From an uncultured Acidobacteriota bacterium (lineage in GTDB: Bacteria > Acidobacteriota > Blastocatellia > RBC074), in NCBI GenBank assembly GCA_963796275.1, contig CAWCKY010000001.1:832001-896000 (forward strand): a stretch of 64,000 nucleotides of DNA, given 5' to 3'. The notes under the pieces were generated by a model. The model did no database searches, was not told the origin of the DNA, and saw only the letters and a program-made list of their open reading frames with translations. Position numbers and translations under genes: made by a program. Shown here piece after piece: positions 23,236 to 34,096 of the stretch; the stretch's first letter is position 1, and each line of letters opens with the position of its first letter.

Positions 23236-23913
23236 TCAGCTGTTGCGATGGCGCGCCTCTTCGAATATCTCCGTGGCGCGTGTGGGATTGAAGATGCCGC
23301 ACGAGCAGAAGCGCGAGAAGTACTGGCAAGCCTGTTCCGGGGTGCGACGGCCCTCTCTCACCCAGTCGATCATCTTCCGGGCGAAAGCGAATGAGATCAT
23401 GCCGTGACCGCACATAGTCGAGAGCTCCAATACCTGCCGGTCGGCCAGCCGGTCGGTCCTGCCCATGAAGCCTAAAGAGTATTCCACGCTATGGCGCGTG
23501 ATTCCCGTCTCATCGCAGCATTCCTGCGCCCGGTCGATGAGGGCGCTGATGTTGATCGAAATACCCAGGTCTTCGCGGCGCAACTCCTCGACAAACCCCT
23601 CGACCGACTCGATGTTGTCGAAGACCGCCGCGACCGTCGTCGGATTGGAGACGCCATCGATGACCGCGTCGAAATCAGGATGATGTTCGCGCGCCCAGTG
23701 GGCAGTCGGATTCAGCTCTTTCGAGGGACGGTAGATGCCGCCATGCGAACCGTCGCCCATGTTGACGGGCTGATATTTGCGGGCCAACTGCAGAAAGCGC
23801 TTCAGCTTCGGCACCGAATCTTGATCGTTGTGCCCGCGGCAGGGGATGGCGAAGACTATGAAATCGTTGTAAAGGTTTTTTTCATTGCCGTAGCGGTGCA
23901 ACGTGTTGGTCAT
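23236..23913 (-). CDS. Conserved-looking hypothetical Cys/His-rich protein
   Basis: Start MTNTLHR after GGGAG. Motifs TMCGHG, CSCGIFNP and CC. Overlaps the upstream Fe-S gene by 32 nt. Confidence 0.75.
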   Translation of the reverse strand: MTNTLHRYGNEKNLYNDFIVFAIPCRGHNDQDSVPKLKRFLQLARKYQPVNMGDGSHGGIYRPSKELNPTAHWAREHHPDFDAVIDGVSNPTTVAAVFDNIESVEGFVEELRREDLGISINISALIDRAQECCDETGITRHSVEYSLGFMGRTDRLADRQVLELSTMCGHGMISFAFARKMIDWVREGRRTPEQACQYFSRFCSCGIFNPTRATEIFEEARHRNS

Positions 23914-24718
23914 ATGATTTTCTCCCCAAGCCCAGGTTGGTCTTGCCGCGATTGAAGGTGAATCCTTCTTCGACCAGTATCTCCTCCAGCCGATTCTCGC
24001 CCTCCTCATCGCAGCGCGCCGAGACTCCGACTGCAACCACGGTCTCTAGCTGGCTCGCCACCTCTTTGACCTTTCGCAGAATGTCGGGAACATTTTTTAT
24101 GGATGTTTTAAATTCGACGATTGCGGAGAGTATCTTTTCGTTGAGGATGTCGGTCCTGAGCTCGCCCGTCGCGGTGTCGGTCATGAGACTCGTCACCGGA
24201 TTGCGCTGCTCGAACTCGATCCCCAGGCGAGCCAGCGCAATGGTCATCTCTTGGATCTGCCAGAACCTTACGCCGATGGTCGGCCTCCCGAACTCCACGG
24301 TGAAACCGGCATCGTCAACGCCGACGCGGTTTGTTATATCGTTCGTCTTGACTTCTTCGGTGCCGCGGCCATGAACACCTGTGCTTTCGTGCGGGACCAC
24401 CGGGTCTGAGAAGGCGCGCCGAACTATGCGCGGCCAGGCTAACGGTTGCTCCGTGATGGCGGCAGTAGGACAGACGTCTGGCTCGGGATCGAACCGCCAG
24501 CGGATCCATTTCCCAATTTGGCGGATAGTTCGCACCATTGTCGGATTCAAGTGCTCTGTGCTCATCCCGCGGAAGCAGGTATAGCATTCGACGCACTCGT
24601 CCTGATTGACGGTCGCCCGATTCGTTCGAGGATCGATATGGATCGCACCCATCGGACAGACCGCGACGCAATTGCCGCATGCGACGCATTTCTTTGGGTC
24701 AATATTCATCGCACCCAT
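23882..24718 (-). CDS. 2x[4Fe-4S] ferredoxin-domain protein with an uncharacterised C-terminal domain
   Basis: CVACGNCVAVCP and CVECYTC-x34-CP, then GRGTEEVKTND, EFGRP and GKTNLGLG. Confidence 0.85.
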   Translation of the reverse strand: MGAMNIDPKKCVACGNCVAVCPMGAIHIDPRTNRATVNQDECVECYTCFRGMSTEHLNPTMVRTIRQIGKWIRWRFDPEPDVCPTAAITEQPLAWPRIVRRAFSDPVVPHESTGVHGRGTEEVKTNDITNRVGVDDAGFTVEFGRPTIGVRFWQIQEMTIALARLGIEFEQRNPVTSLMTDTATGELRTDILNEKILSAIVEFKTSIKNVPDILRKVKEVASQLETVVAVGVSARCDEEGENRLEEILVEEGFTFNRGKTNLGLGRKSYDQHVAPLRQ

Positions 24719-24897
24719 CCAAATGAAGTTAAATTACAACTTTTTACTGTATGCAAAAAAGGTGGATAAAGATTTCACCACAAAAATCACAAAAACACAA
24801 AAAGACCCATCAAAATAACGGCGAGAGGCAAAAGGGCAGAAGCGGAAGACAGAAGTCAAGGACAATGAATACCGTAAAGTTTCTGAATTCCTACTCC

Positions 24898-25539
24898 CTA
24901 TTTAGCAGCGCTCAGATCGGAATCTGTGAGCCCATCCCTCTGCCTGCGATTCCGCAATGTGTTGAATATGAATACACCGAGAATGGCTATGGCGAGCCCC
25001 AGCCCGATCGCCGGGTAATATTCTTTGAATAAGCTGGCAGCCTGATCTCCGTACCGCACAGCCATCAGGCCCTCGATGATGAACCGGATAGTGCGGCCGA
25101 TCAACACGGCACCGAGAAACTGCCAGATTTTCACCCGGAATACACCGGCTGTGATAAGCAACATCTTGAATGGAAACGGAGGAGGAAGGAGCGCGCCGGC
25201 CAGCATCGACCAGAGACCGTAGCGATTGACCAATCCGGAGACCCGCGCTCGTTTCTCGTCACTGAATACGCGCAGGGCGGCCTCTCCCGCCTTGCGGCCG
25301 ATCCAATAGGGCACTAGGCACCCCAGCGTCGAACCAATTACTGCGGCGATGACGTAGATAGGCATCATCGAATGGTTGTTGTGCGTGAGCGCCATAACAA
25401 CCAGATCCGGCCCGCCCGGCATCGGAATGAATGCCGCATCAAGAAATGCGATTCCCAATATTCCCGCCGCGCCGAAGCCGATAAGCGTTACGTAGACCGA
25501 CTTGAGAAAACTACCGATACCTGTTAAAAAAATTCCCAT
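24898..25539 (-). CDS. YqaA/VTT (DedA superfamily) membrane protein
   Basis: [22 protein letters not shown] and GRTIRF. Confidence 0.85.
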   Translation of the reverse strand: MGIFLTGIGSFLKSVYVTLIGFGAAGILGIAFLDAAFIPMPGGPDLVVMALTHNNHSMMPIYVIAAVIGSTLGCLVPYWIGRKAGEAALRVFSDEKRARVSGLVNRYGLWSMLAGALLPPPFPFKMLLITAGVFRVKIWQFLGAVLIGRTIRFIIEGLMAVRYGDQAASLFKEYYPAIGLGLAIAILGVFIFNTLRNRRQRDGLTDSDLSAAK

Positions 25540-25557
25540 TATCGATTTTTATGAACT

Positions 25558-26205
25558 TCAGTCTGTGTATGAAACCTCAGCCTTGCTTTCCGGCGTCCTG
25601 CTCTTCAGCATTCGGCGAACAATGAAGAAAAGGATAGAGGCGACGATCAATCCTCCCAGCACCTCCAGCAAATTATTTCCGAGCCAATCGATCATCTGTC
25701 TCACTTCGTTGCGGAAGAAGAATGCGAGGATGGCCCAGAAGTAATACCGCACCGTACGCGAGATCATTATCACCGCCGCAAAGCGTCCCATCGGATAACC
25801 GAGCGCGCCAGCTGAAGCGACGAATATCTTGAATGGCATGGGCGGTGGCAAAAGAGCCGGTATCACGAGTGCGAATAAACCCCATTTTCGATAGAGTTCT
25901 TTCACGCGATCCAGGTGCTTCGGATGGAAGCGCTTGGAGATGAACTGCTCGCCGCGCATCGCAATGCGATACAAAACCAGACAGCCGATTACCGACCCGA
26001 TCGCCGGGAAAAGGGGGAAATAATATACTTCATTCGGATTGTTCGCAACGCGGGCTATCGTGATGTAGTCGTTGACTTCGGGGAGAGAGAGCAGGGAAGA
26101 ATCGAGAGCGCCTACAAGCACCATCATCGGCGCGGCGACATAAACCGCGGCTTCGACAACATGTCGCGAAATCTCCAGGAACCATTCTATGAGCCAGTCG
26201 AGCAT
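25558..26205 (-). CDS. YqaA/VTT (DedA superfamily) membrane protein
   Basis: [20 protein letters not shown] and SRTVRY. Confidence 0.85.
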   Translation of the reverse strand: MLDWLIEWFLEISRHVVEAAVYVAAPMMVLVGALDSSLLSLPEVNDYITIARVANNPNEVYYFPLFPAIGSVIGCLVLYRIAMRGEQFISKRFHPKHLDRVKELYRKWGLFALVIPALLPPPMPFKIFVASAGALGYPMGRFAAVIMISRTVRYYFWAILAFFFRNEVRQMIDWLGNNLLEVLGGLIVASILFFIVRRMLKSRTPESKAEVSYTD

Positions 26206-26352
26206 AAAAAACCGCTTGATACCAGATGTTTGATAATTGATAGAGAGTGATTGGGGGATTCACGGCAGGCTTGTATGGTACGAATGCAAAATCGTAGATT
26301 GCAGATTGCGTACTACTAACTATCAACAATCAAATTTCCTTTATCAATTCCC

Positions 26353-27489
26353 TTACATCCTTTTGATAAAACTTTTACCGGGTAACTGTCTGATTCTATC
26401 TTTCATTTCGAGCCCAAGCAACGCATTCATTAATTCTGAGGAGTTCATGCCGCTGGTGATCAGCAATTGGTCAATGTGAGAAGGAACTTCCGGGCTCAGG
26501 ATTTCTAGCAATTGACGCTCGCCATTGCTTAATTCGACCGCTTCAAAAATCGGCTGAGTATTCGATTGGGCGGTGCTCGTAGCCCGTTTTTCGATGCTTA
26601 AGATATTCTCTTTGATGTTGCGCGGCAGCTCCTCAACGACATCGCGCCAATGCTGTACTAGTTTCGCTCCATCCTTGATCAGATAGTTCGGTCCGAAGGA
26701 GGTCTGCGATGTGATATTGCCCGGCACGGCGAAGACTTCTCTCCCTTGTTCATAAGCCAGCCGCGCGGTGATCAGGGAACCGCTATGTTCTGCGGCTTCG
26801 ACGATCAGAACGCCCAGGCAGAGTCCGCTCAATACCCGGTTGCGGTAAGGGAAATTTTGCGGGAGCGGAGGCGTCCCGAGCGGGAATTCGGATATGACCG
26901 CGCCGGAAGCCGCGATCTCACGCTCGAGTTTCTTATGCTCTTTGGGGTAAGTATTCTCCAGGCCTGTACCGACGACTGCTATGGTTAGACCCGCGGCTTC
27001 GAGCGCGCCGCTATGGGCAGCGGCATCGATGCCGCGCGCCATGCCGGAGACTATTGTCAAACCTTGTGCGGCGAGATCGCGTGCGAGCCCGGCCGCCGCA
27101 TTGATTCCGTATGTCGAACATCGCCGGGAACCGACGACTGCCAGGCAAGGCCGCTCGCAAGCTCCTTTCAGATCACCGCGCACGTAAAGCGCGATCGGCG
27201 GGTCGTAAATTTCACGAAGCAATGGCGGATAATCGTCATCTGCGAGCGTAATCACGTGGGCGCCCAGTTTCTCCAGTCGTTCGATTTCGGCGCCGGCTTT
27301 TTCGAGTATCTCCGAATCGTGGAGTTCCTGAACCGTTTCGGTTTTTACCCCCGCGGATTCCAGAGCGACGCGAGATGCGGCGAACACCTGCGCGGGCGAG
27401 CCGAATCGGTCGAGCAACTGATTGGCGGTACGCGGCCCGATCCCGCGGATCATATTTAAGGCGATCCAATCGGCCAAATCAGCGCGCAT
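26353..27489 (-). CDS. dprA: DNA-processing protein DprA
   Basis: YP..LREI.DPP, AVVGSR, VSGMARGID, SEFP, NFP.RNR and SGSLITA. C-terminal wHTH. GGAGG SD. Confidence 0.95.
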   Translation of the reverse strand: MRADLADWIALNMIRGIGPRTANQLLDRFGSPAQVFAASRVALESAGVKTETVQELHDSEILEKAGAEIERLEKLGAHVITLADDDYPPLLREIYDPPIALYVRGDLKGACERPCLAVVGSRRCSTYGINAAAGLARDLAAQGLTIVSGMARGIDAAAHSGALEAAGLTIAVVGTGLENTYPKEHKKLEREIAASGAVISEFPLGTPPLPQNFPYRNRVLSGLCLGVLIVEAAEHSGSLITARLAYEQGREVFAVPGNITSQTSFGPNYLIKDGAKLVQHWRDVVEELPRNIKENILSIEKRATSTAQSNTQPIFEAVELSNGERQLLEILSPEVPSHIDQLLITSGMNSSELMNALLGLEMKDRIRQLPGKSFIKRM

Positions 27490-27538
27490 AGAATGTGACC
27501 TCCCCACTGGCTGAATCTCGAGTCGGAAACATTTAGTG

Positions 27539-27568
27539 ATTATATGCTTCGCGTCTTGTGAATCTCAA
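27539..27568 (-). promoter_or_regulatory. Sigma70-type promoter of dprA
   Basis: TTGAGA-18 bp-TATAAT on the minus strand. Confidence 0.55.
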
Positions 27569-27621
27569 CCACGCCGTCATAAAATTGATTCAATTCCTCC
27601 CGCGAACTGGAGAATAAATTT

Positions 27622-28137
27622 ATGATGACAGTTCTTCCACCGAGAGCCGGGATGACCACCAAGCAATATGCTGCAGGCGTCATTTTTGAGCTTTATAATT
27701 CGATAATCGTTCATGAGCAGGGCGCGATCGAAGGTAATATCGAGGCGGTTAATGACATGCGCGTCGCAATCCGGCGTTTGCGTGTGGCATTGAGCAACTT
27801 CGCCAGCACCCTTTCGCGCGATGATCGACGGCAGCTGCATTTGTCCTTGAAGCATCTGGCGGTTCCGCTGGGCGAGGTGCGGGATTTCGACGTTATGATC
27901 GCGGCGCTAGAATCCTGCCTCACCGACAAATCGCGCGCCGATGCGATCAAATCGGTGGTCGGCCGTTTGCGGGAGCGCCGGCGGCGGCGGCATCGCAATT
28001 TGAGAAATTACCTCCGCGGCCAAGAATACGCCGATTTTAAGCTGGGATTTTCAACCTTTGAAGCGGAGGTGAGCGAAATGCCCGGCTTATCCCGCTCAAA
28101 CTCTAACGAAATGAAAAATCATGGCCAAGCCGCTTAA
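27622..28137 (+). CDS. CHAD-domain protein, N-terminal-half type
   Basis: DMRVAIRRLR and LGEVRDFDV. Confidence 0.8.
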   Translation: MMTVLPPRAGMTTKQYAAGVIFELYNSIIVHEQGAIEGNIEAVNDMRVAIRRLRVALSNFASTLSRDDRRQLHLSLKHLAVPLGEVRDFDVMIAALESCLTDKSRADAIKSVVGRLRERRRRRHRNLRNYLRGQEYADFKLGFSTFEAEVSEMPGLSRSNSNEMKNHGQAA

Positions 28138-28672
28138 GATCAAGAAAGTATCACCGACAGATCGCATAGATAAAACTGCCGTACGTATCCTTCGTACGCG
28201 ATTGAAGGAGTATTATTCGCACTGGCCCGATCCGGACCGCACACCGACGCCGGAAAAACTGCATGATATGCGAATTTCCGGGAAGCGCCTTCGTTATAGC
28301 GCAGAATCCCTGCGCGCGCTCTATCCCGATCAATTGGCGCTCTTGATCGAATTGCTCAAACGCGGCCAGGACCTGCTCGGCGACATCCAGGATTGCGTCG
28401 TTCAGCGATCGATGATCGCGGATGATTTAAATAGATTGAGGCAACGGAAACACGACAGCAATCATATCCCGATCCTGGAGAGCCTGATCTCAGAATTCGA
28501 CCAGCATCAGACGCAGCTATTCACACAATTTCACAATATCTGGCGCGGAATGATGGCGGATGAGTTTCGCCATTCCCTGAAGAAGATGTTTACCAATCCG
28601 GATATTTATGAGGCGAAGTCCGGCGATGCGCATCTGCATTTGATCAATCGAGAAAAAGAAATTGAAAATTGA
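28121..28672 (+). CDS. CHAD-domain protein, C-terminal-half type
   Basis: LHDMRISGKRLRY..E and QDLLGDIQD. Confidence 0.82.
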   Translation: MAKPLKIKKVSPTDRIDKTAVRILRTRLKEYYSHWPDPDRTPTPEKLHDMRISGKRLRYSAESLRALYPDQLALLIELLKRGQDLLGDIQDCVVQRSMIADDLNRLRQRKHDSNHIPILESLISEFDQHQTQLFTQFHNIWRGMMADEFRHSLKKMFTNPDIYEAKSGDAHLHLINREKEIEN

Positions 28673-28709
28673 AAATTGAAAATTGTATCGATTGTTTGCC
28701 ACGTAACTA

Positions 28710-29471
28710 TCAACAATCAACTATTTTTTCTCGATTGATCAAACTAGCCACATAGCCTGCACCAAAACCATTATCGATATTAACTACGGTCACGTTCGAC
28801 GAGCATGAGTTTAGCATTCCGAGTAATGCGGCAATGCCGTTAAAACTGGCGCCGTAGCCGATGCTGGTCGGCACCGCAATGACGGGAACGCTCACCAGCC
28901 CTCCGACTACAGATGGCAGCGCACCTTCCATTCCGGCGGCGCAGACGATGACTCGAGCAGACTGCAGGAGTTCCAGGCGGCTGAGCAGGCGGTGAATCCC
29001 AGCGACTCCCACATCATACAATCGTTCAATGCGGTTACCCATGATCTCTGCCGTAACAGCGGCTTCATCTGCGACTGGTATATCTGAGGTACCGGCAGTG
29101 ACGATCGCGATCACTCCGCTTCCACGCAGAGTCTGATCGCGCCGCACCGAGATCGCATTGCATGATTCGTGAAAGATGGCTTCTCTCGCAAACGCCCGGA
29201 TAGATGCAAACGTTTCGCGGTTGCTGTGGGTAATGAGAAGGTTCGACGATCTTTCGAGCAGGCGCGATGCGATCCCCATCACCTGTTCCGGCGTTTTACC
29301 TTTTCCGAAGATGACCTCTGGGAATCCTTGCCGCAATGCTCGGTGGTGATCGACGTGAGCGTAGCCAATATCCTCGAAGGGCAGGTGGCGGAGTTGCTCC
29401 AGCACCTGGTCGATACTCAGATCGCCCTCTTTGAAGTTCAGCAATAAGTCTTTCAGCTTCTCTTGATCCAT
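28710..29471 (-). CDS. larB: Nickel-pincer cofactor biosynthesis carboxylase LarB (PurE-like)
   Basis: [47 protein letters not shown] and VNIDNGFGA. Confidence 0.92.
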   Translation of the reverse strand: MDQEKLKDLLLNFKEGDLSIDQVLEQLRHLPFEDIGYAHVDHHRALRQGFPEVIFGKGKTPEQVMGIASRLLERSSNLLITHSNRETFASIRAFAREAIFHESCNAISVRRDQTLRGSGVIAIVTAGTSDIPVADEAAVTAEIMGNRIERLYDVGVAGIHRLLSRLELLQSARVIVCAAGMEGALPSVVGGLVSVPVIAVPTSIGYGASFNGIAALLGMLNSCSSNVTVVNIDNGFGAGYVASLINREKIVDC

Positions 29472-29508
29472 AACAGGTTGTACCCGATGATAGCCCGCGG
29501 AGCTTAGC

Positions 29509-29538
29509 TTGACAAGATTTTGCGGTGGCTCATATAGT
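29509..29538 (+). promoter_or_regulatory. Sigma70-type promoter of the menaquinone operon
   Basis: TTGACA-18 bp-TATAGT. Confidence 0.6.
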
Positions 29539-29589
29539 GGACCTTAACTCCGGCGCTAGCAATCAGCGTTTTTTTTGGTAGCTGTTCAA

Positions 29590-30198
29590 ATGAAATCCAT
29601 CACCTTAGGAATAACGGGAGCGAGCGGATCTATCTATGCGCAGCGCTTGCTCGTTCGTCTCAATGAAAGTCCCCAAGTATCGCGGATCGATCTGGTGATT
29701 TCACGGGCGGGCGTTCGCGTTGCCGGTGAAGAACTGGGCATCAACATCGCGGGCACGGAACCGCGGGTGGTGCGCGAGTTACTCGGAAATGCGACGGATA
29801 AGGTGATCATGCATTCGCCGAGCGATATCGGCGCGACCATCGCGAGCGGATCGTATCTGAGCGATGCGATGGTGATACTCCCCTGCAGCATGGGGTCGCT
29901 CGCGGCTATCGCCACAGGGATCACGCGCGATCTGATCCATCGCGCCGCAGATGTCATGCTCAAAGAGAACAGACTGCTGGTCCTCGTGCCACGGGAATCG
30001 CCGTTCAATGCCATACATTTGGAGAATATGCTGAAACTGGCGCGGATGGGAGCGCGAATTATCCCTGCCATGCCGAGTTTTTATCATCATCCGAAAACTA
30101 TTGACGACCTGATCGAACATTTCACTAACCGTCTCCTCGATCATTTGGGCGTGGCGAACGAGCAGCAGACGAGGTGGGTGGGGAGTATTCCTAGGTGA
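29590..30198 (+). CDS. ubiX: Flavin prenyltransferase UbiX
   Basis: GITGASG, IASGS, PCSM, RAADV.LKE.R, PRESP and PSFY. Confidence 0.93.
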   Translation: MKSITLGITGASGSIYAQRLLVRLNESPQVSRIDLVISRAGVRVAGEELGINIAGTEPRVVRELLGNATDKVIMHSPSDIGATIASGSYLSDAMVILPCSMGSLAAIATGITRDLIHRAADVMLKENRLLVLVPRESPFNAIHLENMLKLARMGARIIPAMPSFYHHPKTIDDLIEHFTNRLLDHLGVANEQQTRWVGSIPR

Positions 30199-30258
30199 GC
30201 GGGAGCCAGGGGAGAAGGAGGCAAAGCTACAGGGGGGAGGAAGCGATATCTGAAATCT

Positions 30259-31119
30259 ATGTTTCGCAATCTTAAAATAACGCTCGAGATGATAAAGATC
30301 GAGCACACATTGTTTGCTCTGCCTTTCGCATTCCTGGGGGCAGTGCTCGCGGCACGGGGACTTCCAGCCGTCAATCAGATTTTATGGATTATCGTCGCGA
30401 TGATCGGCGCACGTTCGGCGGCAATGGCTTTCAATCGCCTCGTCGACCGCGGATTCGATGCGGCGAACCCGCGGACCAGGATGCGCGCGCTTCCCGCCGG
30501 ATTGCTCAGTATTAAATTCGTCGCAATTTTCACAATCCTGTCAGCCGCAGTCTTTTTCGGCGCGGCATATATGCTCAATCGCCTGACCCTGGTGCTGGCT
30601 CCTGTAGCGCTGGCATCCATCCTCGGGTACTCATACACAAAGCGATACACGGCCCTATCTCACTTGATACTTGGCTGGTGTTTATCGATTGCCCCGACCG
30701 GCGCCTGGATAGCCGTGCGCGGATCGATCGACTCGCCTGTCCCGTTGTTGTTGAGTCTGGCTGTCATGTTATGGACTGCCGGATTCGATATCATCTATGC
30801 CTGCCAGGATCACGACTTCGATGTCCAGGCCGGCCTGTATTCGATCCCGCAACGATTTGGGATCGGGAGCGCCCTCTGGATTTCGCGTTCGCTGCACGCG
30901 GCAATGTTCGCCATACTCGTCTGGATTTACTTCCTGACGGGCCTACACTGGATCGGATTTCTCGGCATTATGGCGGCGGCCGCGCTCCTGATCCACCAGC
31001 ACCGGCTCGTTCGAGCACACGATCTTTCTCGTTTGAACGCCGCGTTTTTTACAACGAATGCTTATGTGAGCGTGATTTTATTCCTGACGGTCGCAGCTGA
31101 TATATTTTTGATGAATTGA
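30259..31119 (+). CDS. UbiA-family prenyltransferase of the futalosine pathway (MqnP-like)
   Basis: [31 protein letters not shown] and [10 protein letters not shown]. Confidence 0.9.
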   Translation: MFRNLKITLEMIKIEHTLFALPFAFLGAVLAARGLPAVNQILWIIVAMIGARSAAMAFNRLVDRGFDAANPRTRMRALPAGLLSIKFVAIFTILSAAVFFGAAYMLNRLTLVLAPVALASILGYSYTKRYTALSHLILGWCLSIAPTGAWIAVRGSIDSPVPLLLSLAVMLWTAGFDIIYACQDHDFDVQAGLYSIPQRFGIGSALWISRSLHAAMFAILVWIYFLTGLHWIGFLGIMAAAALLIHQHRLVRAHDLSRLNAAFFTTNAYVSVILFLTVAADIFLMN

Positions 31120-31173
31120 TAAACAATCAGCGCCGTGAGCGACACTGATTGACCTGGAACGGAGTTATTTACG

Positions 31174-32286
<1,113 letters not shown>

Positions 32287-32288
32287 AA

Positions 32289-33128
32289 ATGAAAAAAGAG
32301 ATAAAAGTTGCACACAGTCCTGATTCGGACGACGCATTTATGTTTTACGGCCTCGCCACCGATCGGCTCGATACTGGCGAACTGCGATTCGTTCACGTTC
32401 TCAAAGACATTCAAACGCTCAATCAGATCGCGATGACGACGCGCGATTACGATGTGACCGCTGTCTCGTTCCACGCATATGCCTATATCGCAGACGATTA
32501 CATATTGCTGCCGCACGGGGCGAGCATCGGGGACGGGTATGGTCCGATACTCGTCGCGCGCGAGGATTTCTCGATTGGCGAGATCGCAAGCAAACGCATC
32601 GCGGTGCCTGGAACTTTGACCAGCGCATTTCTCGCCTTAAGGCTGCATACGCCGGAATTTGAATATTCAGTCGTGCCCTTCGATCGGATAATCGATGAAG
32701 TTGTGAGCGGAGAATATGACGCCGGCCTGCTCATCCACGAAGGGCAGCTGACTTATCAAGAAGATGGTTTGGTCAAGGTGTTAGATCTGGGTGAGTGGTG
32801 GAAGAAAAAGACCGGCCTGCCGCTGCCGATGGGAGGCAACGCGATCAGGCGAGAATTGGGGCCTGAGTTGCAGCGGGAAGTGTCGCGCTGGCTTCATCGC
32901 AGCATCGAGTTTTCAATGGAGAACCGCCGGGATGCGCTCGGCTACGCGATGCAATTCGCGCGCGAAATGCCGGTGGAAACCGCCGATAGATTTGTTGAGA
33001 TGTGGGTTAACAAGAGCACGCTCGGATATACCGAGAGAGATCGCCAGGCTGTGCAATTGATGCTCGATGAGGGTTACCGTAAGGGTGTGATCCCGCGCCA
33101 GGTTAATATTGAATTCGTGCCGTCCTGA
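32289..33128 (+). CDS. mqnD: 1,4-dihydroxy-6-naphthoate synthase MqnD (MqnA/D family)
   Basis: [36 protein letters not shown] and PLPMG. Confidence 0.9.
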   Translation: MKKEIKVAHSPDSDDAFMFYGLATDRLDTGELRFVHVLKDIQTLNQIAMTTRDYDVTAVSFHAYAYIADDYILLPHGASIGDGYGPILVAREDFSIGEIASKRIAVPGTLTSAFLALRLHTPEFEYSVVPFDRIIDEVVSGEYDAGLLIHEGQLTYQEDGLVKVLDLGEWWKKKTGLPLPMGGNAIRRELGPELQREVSRWLHRSIEFSMENRRDALGYAMQFAREMPVETADRFVEMWVNKSTLGYTERDRQAVQLMLDEGYRKGVIPRQVNIEFVPS

Positions 33129-33254
33129 GGCAGTCTATCGGAGATGGACCGTAACAACGCTCATTTTCAGTACCGGCTTTAGGTTGGTATATCGAGGCAC
33201 ATTTCCCATCAGATCGTTTTTTTGATTTTTAAATCGCGATTCAAGTTCGAATCA

Positions 33255-33372
33255 GTACCGCGAGCGGTAGCGAGCGTTGTACCCGAACCAGTCGATTGAT
33301 TGAGACCCGCTCGCTACCGCTCACTAGCCCGCTTTGCGGGCTACAGCAATATCAAAAAACTTTGTTTTACAG
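33255..33372. repeat. REP-like inverted pair fused to a partial MITE family A copy
   Basis: GAGCGGTAGCGAGCG..CGCTCGCTACCGCTC, followed at 33325 by TAGCCCGCTTTGCGGGCTACAGCAATATCAAAAAACTTTGTTTTACAG. Confidence 0.75.
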
Positions 33373-33376
33373 AGAA

Positions 33377-33976
33377 CTATGTTTCTCCAGTTTTAGTTTC
33401 AGGCAATTGGTGTGTGGTATGTTCGCTGACGGAAGCCGGAAACATCCGATTCAGAGACGCGACATTCGCATCCGGATTAGGCGATGATTCGGCGACGGTT
33501 ATCACGAGTTGTTTTGATGTTTGATCGGAACCTAGATTCTTGGGAATCGTGAAATGCCAGCCGTTGAATAGGAGCCCAAGGCCGATCAGGAACGTGGTCA
33601 GCCCTAAACCGGAAACAAACAACAGCACCTCTTCATTAATTGCAATTCCGAGACAGGTAAAAGCTACTGCTGAACCCAGACCGATGGCGGCAACAAGCAT
33701 GCCGCTGCGAATGCGTCTCAGCCGTTTTTCTTCCGGAGTTTCGAGGAAATCCGCGACTCCCGGCAGCACCTCTTCAACGACCTTGCTCAACTCCTTGGCT
33801 GATTTCAATTCTCGGATTTTATCGGCGATGGCGCGGCCGATTTCATCGCGGGCAGAACCCAACAACTGCACGGTGGCATCAGGTTTCTCCAGGGCATTAC
33901 GAAACACACGGAGATCAGTGCCACACGAACGACAATATTGGCCATTCTGCTCTGAGCCGCACCCTGGACAATACAT
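33377..33976 (-). CDS. Zinc-ribbon membrane protein
   Basis: MYCPGCG..YCRSCG, two TM helices and C-terminal SVSEHTT. Confidence 0.8.
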   Translation of the reverse strand: MYCPGCGSEQNGQYCRSCGTDLRVFRNALEKPDATVQLLGSARDEIGRAIADKIRELKSAKELSKVVEEVLPGVADFLETPEEKRLRRIRSGMLVAAIGLGSAVAFTCLGIAINEEVLLFVSGLGLTTFLIGLGLLFNGWHFTIPKNLGSDQTSKQLVITVAESSPNPDANVASLNRMFPASVSEHTTHQLPETKTGET

Positions 33977-34096
33977 AATTTACCATCAAAAACTGATTTC
34001 ACCGCGAGGTAAAATCCGGTGAGGAGGCGCAGAAGGCTGGCGATTATTTCATCGCATTCTCTGCGCTCCTTCAACATCTGTCTAACAGCGTTATAT

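Noticed and set aside
23221-23240. UGA read-through (Sec) fusing the Cys-rich protein to the in-frame amidohydrolase
   Set aside because: The UGA is not at a Cys-like catalytic position, no SECIS-like hairpin is evident, and the downstream protein starts with its own signal peptide.
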